Assembly (NCBI GenBank): GCA_951406725.2
Contig: OX597823.1
Location: 66,588,001 to 66,652,000, forward strand
Reading direction: 5' to 3'
DNA from: Octopus vulgaris
Lineage: Eukaryota
DNA: 64,000 nt
Below are positions 56,315 to 64,000 of this stretch, in pieces. Made by a program: the position numbers and the translations under genes. The notes below the pieces were generated by a model that was given only the letters and a program-made list of their open reading frames with translations, was not told where the DNA came from and made no database searches. Every line of letters starts with the position of its first letter. Position 1 is the first letter of the stretch.

Positions 56315-56560
56315 GTATGTACGTACGTTTGTATTTATGTATGTACGCATGTATGTACGTATGTATGTATGTATGTATGTATGTATGTATGTATGTATGT
56401 ATGTATGTATGTATGTATGTATGTATATATGTATGTATGTATGTATGTATGTGTACATGTATGTATTATGTATGTGTGTGTGCATGTATGTATCTATGTG
56501 TGCATGTATGTATTATGTATGTGTGTGTGCATGTATGTATGTATGTATGTATGTGTATTT
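56315..56560. repeat. (ATGT)n microsatellite
   Basis: Read directly. Confidence 0.93.
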
Positions 56561-57604
56561 ATTTATTTATAAGCAAACGCACGCACAAACGTTTATACAT
56601 AAATATGCGCATATGAATATGCATCTATGAGTACGTGCGTGTGTCTGTGTGTATGTGCGTGTGTCTCTGTGTATGTTTGTGTGTGTGTGCGTGTGTGTGC
56701 GTGTGTGTGTGTGTGTGCGTGCGTGTTTGAGTACGCAGTTCGACAAAACAATCCCACGGGAAGTAGATTGGAAATAAAGGAGCGCCGTCTTTTAATGATG
56801 TGATTGTTTACAATAAAATAAATGGCTGGATATACATATAAATATGCATATATCCATGTGTGTGTTTGTGTGTGTGTGTGTATGCGCGTATATGTGTGTG
56901 TATTTGTATGTGTATGTGTGTATATATAAATGCATGAGTATTATGTATGCAGGTAAATAAATTGATATGCAGAATGTCATGGGGCCCTTTGCGACAGCAT
57001 GTGGCATACTGAGATCACCAACCGAAGAGAAATGTGCCATCTTGTACAAAGTGAAACATACTCTGAGTTATCAATTTTTTCTGTATGGTCAGTCATTAAA
57101 GGTTGTGAATAAATCATTCACTTATTTAGTCAGTACTGTGAATTGACAAATAATGTTGACCAAACTTTCCTCTGCATCGAGAAAGTCTGTGCTCCATTTC
57201 TAAGATCGAAGTGACGTTGATTGTGTGGAATGGAGTTCCAATTGAGACAAAGTTGAAGTTCTATAATACTTGTGTTTTGTCTTCGTTGGTATATACATTG
57301 TGAGAGTTCGGTTACTCACTGGAGGTATATACAAAGCCTGGAGCGATTTTACTAACAGTGCCTCCGTCCTATACTGAGTATCCGATGGCAACTGTATTTA
57401 AGTGACTCTCAATTCCTTGAGCGCATTCATTTTAACAGTACAGAGCTTCTCCTATTTCGGAACCGGTTACGATGGATGGAGTGGTTATATGGTGAGTGCG
57501 GAATACGATTGGATTCCACAATAATATCTGAGCTATAAGTTAACCCAATGTAAAAGACCAGTGCACAGATTGAAATTAGGGTGGTGATGAAAGATAGTCA
57601 ATAT

Positions 57605-57654
<50 letters not shown>

Positions 57655-57754
57655 CGCGAGCTAGTAGTATAATGCAAGTTATAGATAATAACCTAGGAAT
57701 GGTTTGAGTTGTGGCGTTTGTGTGAAAGAATACCTTAATATATTTTTAGTTTAA

Positions 57755-58385
57755 AAATTGACAAAAACTGTGCCAGCAACATTTTTATTGATGAATGATT
57801 TGATGAACTTTTACAACGATTACATGCTGAAAATAATCCACTTTCATGAGGTTGAGTTTAAACATAAGAAGACAAAATTTCAAACGCCTCGCTTTGCTAA
57901 GCCATTAGCAATGCGAGTAAGTACGTCTGAAGGACCGTTTAAAATTCAAAGGGCTTTTAGTGATACTCTTAGGGCAGAGATCAGAGACAATAAAATTTCA
58001 TAGATCGCTATTATAATTCTTGATGTATTCTATGATGACTAGAAAAGGCATTATTTTATTGCTTTCTTTTCTGATCTTTTAATGCTTTCTCTATTGATCA
58101 TTGGATACATAAATAATTATGATAGTGATCTATGAAATTTTATTGTCTCTGATCTCTGCCCTAAGTGTATCGCTGGCAGCCCTTTAAATTTTCCACGGTT
58201 CTTCATATGTACTTACTCGCATTGCTTTGCTAATGGCTTAGCAAAGCGGGTCGGTTTAAATTCTTTTTTCTTATCTATGTTTACAATCACAAAATGATAG
58301 CTCAGATTTTTATGATGTAACCGTAGTAATTGAACTATTCATTAATAAATAAAGCGCTGCTGAAACAACTGTTTAGAATTTTTTA
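57755..58385. repeat. Inverted repeat with ~265-bp arms and a ~95-bp spacer
   Basis: CTTAGGGCAGAGATCAGAGACAATAAAATTTCATAGATC (57968-58006) is perfectly inverted at about 58126-58164; the outer arms are more diverged. Confidence 0.88.
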
Positions 58386-59152
58386 AATTCTTCTTGTGTT
58401 CTTTTATGTATAAATACATATATGATTACCCCCAGTATGCATACGCACACCACAATTTCGATAATATTAACGGTTAAGACTTAGACAGAATTTTTCTGTT
58501 ATCTTCCTTACCTATCTACATAAGCGTAGTTGCTCCTTTTAATTTCAATTCCATAAGAAATCCATTTGCTTTTAATCTTTATCTGAATATCGATTTTAAC
58601 GATCCTATTATCAAATAGATGCCGCACTCACTTACAATTCTTTCCTTTTTCCTTAGGATTCTTCTCCTCATAGCAGATATAAGCACATTTATATTTACTC
58701 ACTTTCAAAAACGTCAGATTTCCAAGATAAATGTAGTCAATTTGTATCCACTTTTTAAAATTAATTACAAACTCAGCGTCAAATTATAAAATCGTTCGTT
58801 TAGCTTGCTCTGATTGTCCCTATTATAAATAAATATTTCCATATTTATATGGAAATGTGTGTATGTGTCTGTGCGTGGCTGTCTGTCTGTCTCTGTGTCT
58901 GTATGTGTGTTCGTGTGTGTGTGTGTTTGTATGTGTGTGTGATTGCATGTGTGTGTATTTGCATGTGAGTATGAGTGTGTATATACATATGTGTGTGTGG
59001 TTATATGTTTGTTTATATATATGCACATATATATGTAAATCTACGTACATATATCCGCACGTACACCTGCACCCATGCACATATATATACATAATGTATG
59101 TATGTATCTGTGCATGTATATACATATATACATATTGTATAAATGTATAAAT

Positions 59153-59254
<102 letters not shown>

Positions 59255-59380
59255 TTATATATATATACACATACATATATATATACATTAATAATAGTAA
59301 AGTGACAGCAAAAGAATGAATGAGACCTCGATATTATGTAAACAGATGAATTTATATATATATATGTATATATATATATG

Positions 59381-59414
<34 letters not shown>

Positions 59415-59426
59415 TATGCGACTCTA

Positions 59427-59460
<34 letters not shown>

Positions 59461-60277
59461 CGTGTGTATGTATGTATGTGTACGCATACACACACATCAT
59501 GCCTAAATTATCGCCTAAAATTTGAATCTTTACACCTGTAGGCGAAAATTGAAGCTGCTGTACCATAAGTATTATGTCAGCAGCGGTATTGTACGTGATA
59601 TTGAAAATATATACTGGGAAAAAGAATTTATTACACCAATATTACCAATGATTATTGAAGATGTACGTAAGAATACACTTCTTACCAACTATATATGGAT
59701 GTGTTATTCTAACGAATATTTACCCTCGAGGTGCTGCTCATGTGTTCCATACTTAACCAGCTATAGTCATAAAATTTTGGCGGATCAGTGTACTGTTCTT
59801 GAATGATGAACCTCTCTTTATAATTTGAAAATTCAATGCAGTTTTAGGCTATCAATATTAAAATGAAAATGATAAATACAATGGATAAAAATGGATTCGT
59901 GAGCATTATTTGTGCATACAAAATGTTATTGATATTTGATATGATTTTAAATTACAGTTGCATTTCAAATACAAGACTTCAGTAACACCCTATAAAATCA
60001 CACTGTTCTTCATACACGATACTGAATAAATCTTAATAATCACCTGCGTGAATGATATTATCATATGAATCCCCTTCATCACTACTCTGAGTAATTATAG
60101 GTTGTAATCATTTACCCTTTCTTCATTATCCGTCTCCCACGGATAATTATCCTCTGTACTATCCAACGCATTAGAACTTTCACTTTATGAAATCCTTTGA
60201 TCATAATACCAGTATTTATCTATCGTCTCATGAACCCGTGCACCAAATTATTTCTTTCTTTGGTAGCTTTTCTGAAA

Positions 60278-61093
60278 GCATGGCTGTGAGGTAAGAAGAA
60301 GCTTGCTTCCGAATCACATGATTTCGGTTCATGCTCATTGTGTACCACCTTTGGTATGTGTCTTCTGCTATAGCCTCAGGTCGTCCAAAACTTTTTAAAT
60401 GCATTTGATAAACGGAATCCGTAAGAAACCTTTCGTATATATAGTATATATAATCCTAGCGACATATAATCCAAGCGGTTGCCGTGCTTGCTCTTATTAG
60501 TGAACAATGTTGGCTAGCCTCATATTTTCTGTTTTTACTTTTGTGTTTTATATTCCACCTATATGATTGTTATTAAGAAACCCATTTCCATAAAGTTAAA
60601 CACTAACGAATCACTATATATCTCCTGTACGGCATAAATGAATTTGCTAGAAACCTTCAACAAAACGCTATCAAATCATGTGTTGCCGTCTTGTAGCAAA
60701 AAAGATGGAAGATATATTGGACACTATCGCATATATAGTATATATAATCCTAGCGCCATATAATCCTAGCGGGTACCTTGCTTGCTCTTATCGGTTAACA
60801 ATGCTAGCTAGCCTCAGTGAATGTAGATGGACTGCAGTTAGTTGAATTTACTCTACTAGGTTAATCCTCACTTTGGTAAATCCAAATGTCCTTATAAAAA
60901 CCGCATATTATTTCTTCAATAGAGAAGAAATAATAAATTAATATACACAAGAACAGAGATTTACATATCCAGGTTTTATTATCCAGTTAATCGCATCTTT
61001 CTTTGTTAGTACCAAAAAAAGATGTGATTAACTGTATAATAATACCTGGATATGTAAACCCCTCTTTTCGTGATATTTATTAATTTATTACTC

Positions 61094-61137
<44 letters not shown>

Positions 61138-61565
61138 CGAGAGGGTGTTGAAGAGTTCCTGGCTTTAAAGTTTTTGCGAAAGGCCTGGTTTTGGCTCAAC
61201 CTTCCGAGTTCTTTGACAGGGATTAGAGAACCTGAAGGGCTGGTGCTCTAAGTGTGTGAATCTGTTGAATAAATATCATAATTAACTGATATTCCTGTAT
61301 TGCCTTTTACCCAATGCTATGGACTTTTCTGTACCCCTCGTATACCTGTGTGCGCGCGCGTGTGTGTGTCTATGTTGTCGTCGCCACCGCTTAGCAACCA
61401 GTGTTGGATTGTTGTTTCTATTGCCCAGCAGTTCGGCAAAGAGTTCAATAGAATAAGTACCAGGATTTAAGAAAGTATTGGGGTCGATTTATTCCACTAA
61501 ATATTATTCAAAGCGGTGTGTCAGCAATGGCCGCAATCTAATAACTGAAACTGATCAAAGAAAAG
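60278..61565 (+). mobile_element. SINE family B split by several nested insertions
   Basis: 5' half at 60278-60435, 3' half at about 61345-61565. Confidence 0.75.
61138..61340 (+). mobile_element. Mariner-derived MITE
   Basis: Imperfect TIRs CGAGAGGGTGTTGAAGAGTTCCTGGC / GCTATGGACTTTTCTGTACCCCTCG|TA; internal remnant QGLENLKGWCSKCVNL resembles a mariner C-terminus. Confidence 0.65.
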
Positions 61566-62722
61566 TTATATATTTTGTTAGCTTCAGGGATTGTACTTTT
61601 TCCATCTCAAATGTTTCCAAGAATCTACTTCGTATAGAACCATCTTTCTCCAAAGGTAGCCAGGTGCAAAGCTGGTTTGCTCAATCTTGCATTGTCTAAC
61701 GATTCTTCGATATTTTGCCCTCCAGCCTCTTGCAAGTTCCATCGCATTACGGAATGCTCTTGTTGCTACATAGTTAGACATTTGTCATTTCAGCAACTTC
61801 TATAACATTCATTTCGAATGTGGCTGGACATTTTCAGATCTTTTAGTTCTTCTTCTGCAAGAATTTCTATCAAAAATTACATAGTATTTAAAAAAAAAAC
61901 AATACGACATAAGTATAGGTTTTAAGTATATTACAGGAACTACGAAAAGTGTCCTACCAAATGAGACTGCGACTCGACTTCACATGACTTTTACAAAGTC
62001 AGGTCTTTCTGCTCAATGAAGTCAATGAATAGAAATAACACACAGTAATGTCACTGACGTAATTGCGTTGAAAGGTATTGTATTTCATCGTTTATCTGAT
62101 AACAATTATTAGAATACTTCACAGTCTTGCTTACATATATAAACTGTAGTGTGATGAAGCATTGTCTACTATTAAGTGATGCCAATTCAGTGTTATGGTA
62201 ATTATAGTCAATTATACGGGTGTACCTTTTGTAAGAGATGATAATGTTGCGTATTATATCACATTAATTACACTATAGAAATTACTGTGCTTCCTTGATA
62301 ATGAACTCCAGAAATATATAACAGTGTTTGTACAAATTGTACATCTAATGCATGGTAACATTGGAGAGTTAATTTTTGTCGTGTTATATACACGCAGGAT
62401 AATCAATGGACGAACGAATGTTGACCTGTTGCTTTAAAAAAAAAAGCGTGAGTCCACTTTTATAAGAGGTACACGAAAAACACTTAAATTTGTAGCCAAA
62501 AAAATAGGATCGAATTTTACACGAGATCAAACCTGTATTGGAGATCAATTTATGTTGAAATATGTAAGATGCATAAACACAAGCAGGCGCGTGCACACAT
62601 GCACTCAGGAAGACACAGACACACATGCACACAGTTCACACACTCATGGCTGTACACACATAAACGCAAGAATATATCAGCCGAGTGGCATTGACAAAAT
62701 ACTAAACAATATGACGAAACTC

Positions 62723-63049
62723 AGTGAGGGTGCGTGGCTTAGTGGTTAGGGCATTCGGCTCATGATCGTAAGGTTGTGAGTTCGATTCCCGGCGACGCGT
62801 TGTGTCCTTGAGCAAGACACTTTATTTCACGTTGCTCCAGTCCACTCAGCTGGCAAAAATGAGTTGTACTTGTATTTCAAAGGGTCAGCCTTGTCACTCT
62901 CTGTGTCACGCTGATTATCCCCGAGAACTACGTTAAGGGTACACGTGTCTGTGGAATGCTCAGCCATTTGCACGTTAATTTCACGAGCAAGCTGTTCCGT
63001 TGATCGTATCAGCTGGGACCCTCGTCGTCGTAACCGGCGGAGTCTTTAG
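62723..63049 (+). mobile_element. tRNA-derived SINE family D with 12-bp TSD
   Basis: A box TGGCTTAGTGG, B box GTTCGATTCC, V-domain-like GTGTCCTTGAGCAAGACACTTT; TSD ATGACGAAACTC (62711-62722) / ATGACTAAACTC (63050-63061). Confidence 0.85.
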
Positions 63050-63652
63050 ATGACTAAACTCTAACCATACAAAGGAACCTGTTCGCAATTTTTTTTTTTA
63101 TATTTTTAAATTAGCAACCATTTATATTAATAACTATGGAAGATTGGTGGGAATATCATCTGCCTGGACTTCAAAGGCTAGGTTTCTATTTATTTAGATA
63201 ATTTAAGAGTATTAAATTTACTTATTGAATTAACTTACCGATACTGATTTGTACATAAAAAAATGTGTTTCTTTGTTGTATTTTAATTAATAATGTTAGC
63301 ATTTAATCCTTCCTAGAATTAAGAAAGAATGAATGTGGTGATATCTAAGGTATGTTTATTCCCAAACAACATTTATTTTAGTGCTGTTGACACCACCGGA
63401 CCGAATGGTACTGCACAATTGTCGAAACCATAGTGACATCCGTGAGGCAGCTGATGATGGAGGCATGATGTATTGTTGGCATGGCTGTTATTCTATGTTG
63501 GAATAGATTCATAAGACATCAATTTGATATATATTGTCTGCACATTATTATTTGTAGCGTTATCTACTTCGCGTTCCACATTATTAAATATTTATATATT
63601 TCACTATTATGCAAAACTATTGTTTTTCCTGTGTCATCACATTTTTATATAG

Positions 63653-63689
<37 letters not shown>

Positions 63690-63693
<4 letters not shown>

Positions 63694-63950
63694 AATTAAA
63701 ATGAGAATGTCTGTGTCTGTCGGTATGTGCGCATCACTACAACTCGAGTACTACCCAACCAATTTCATTCAAATTTTACACATACACTACCTAAGGTGCA
63801 TGGAGTGTCCTGCAGCAAAATATTTTCAACTTCTTGCAAGCCTGGAGCAATCTCTTAGAGCGTTTCGGTATTACGTGTCAGTGTGAAACAATAACATCTC
63901 TATTGTAATGTGAGATAATATTTTCACTGTGTCTACTATATATACGTAGT
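63690..63950 (+). mobile_element. Possible non-autonomous Helitron-like 5' region
   Basis: TATATA..AAAATGAGAATGTCTGTGTCTGTC..CAACCAATTTCATTCAAATTTTACACA resembles invertebrate non-autonomous Helitron/Helentron left ends; no right end identified. Confidence 0.4.
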
Positions 63951-64000
63951 AAAACTATTATATAACGTTACATGTATACATGCATACATACATACATATA

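Noticed and set aside
56990-57530. Possible LINE apurinic-endonuclease remnant (LYIPP) on the minus strand
   Set aside because: A single weak motif with many stops.
61580-62545. Possible pogo-type transposon remnant (FEMNVIEVAEM..ARGWRAK HTH-like on the minus strand)
   Set aside because: Too decayed; no catalytic motif or paired TIRs.

Overview
AT-rich, microsatellite-dense animal DNA. The SINE and microsatellite complement looks like an octopod cephalopod (inference). No host protein-coding exon could be supported, and almost all short ORFs in the track are translations of microsatellites. The centrepiece is a young Penelope-like retroelement (PLE; Neptune-type RT + GIY-YIG) at 25862-32628, inserted into a (TA)n tract as a giant fold-back with near-identical ~2.66-kb inverted arms. 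It has an upstream charged/coiled-coil ORF that overlaps the RT frame at a U UUU UUA -1 slippery site, and a minimal U3-A8 variant hammerhead ribozyme in its 3' terminus. The same architecture recurs many times at small scale: (TA)n target, tail-bearing arm, and a tail-less snap-back arm that ends at TA microhomology. A second family of TA-inserted termini (three copies) carries all hammerhead elements in a non-circularly permuted, pseudoknotted order with covarying stems. The remainder is four tRNA-derived SINE families, decayed mariner/rosa DNA transposons and MITEs, R4/Dong, Tx1 and CR1-like LINE fragments, and local inverted duplications. Coordinates of decayed repeats are approximate (read by eye).
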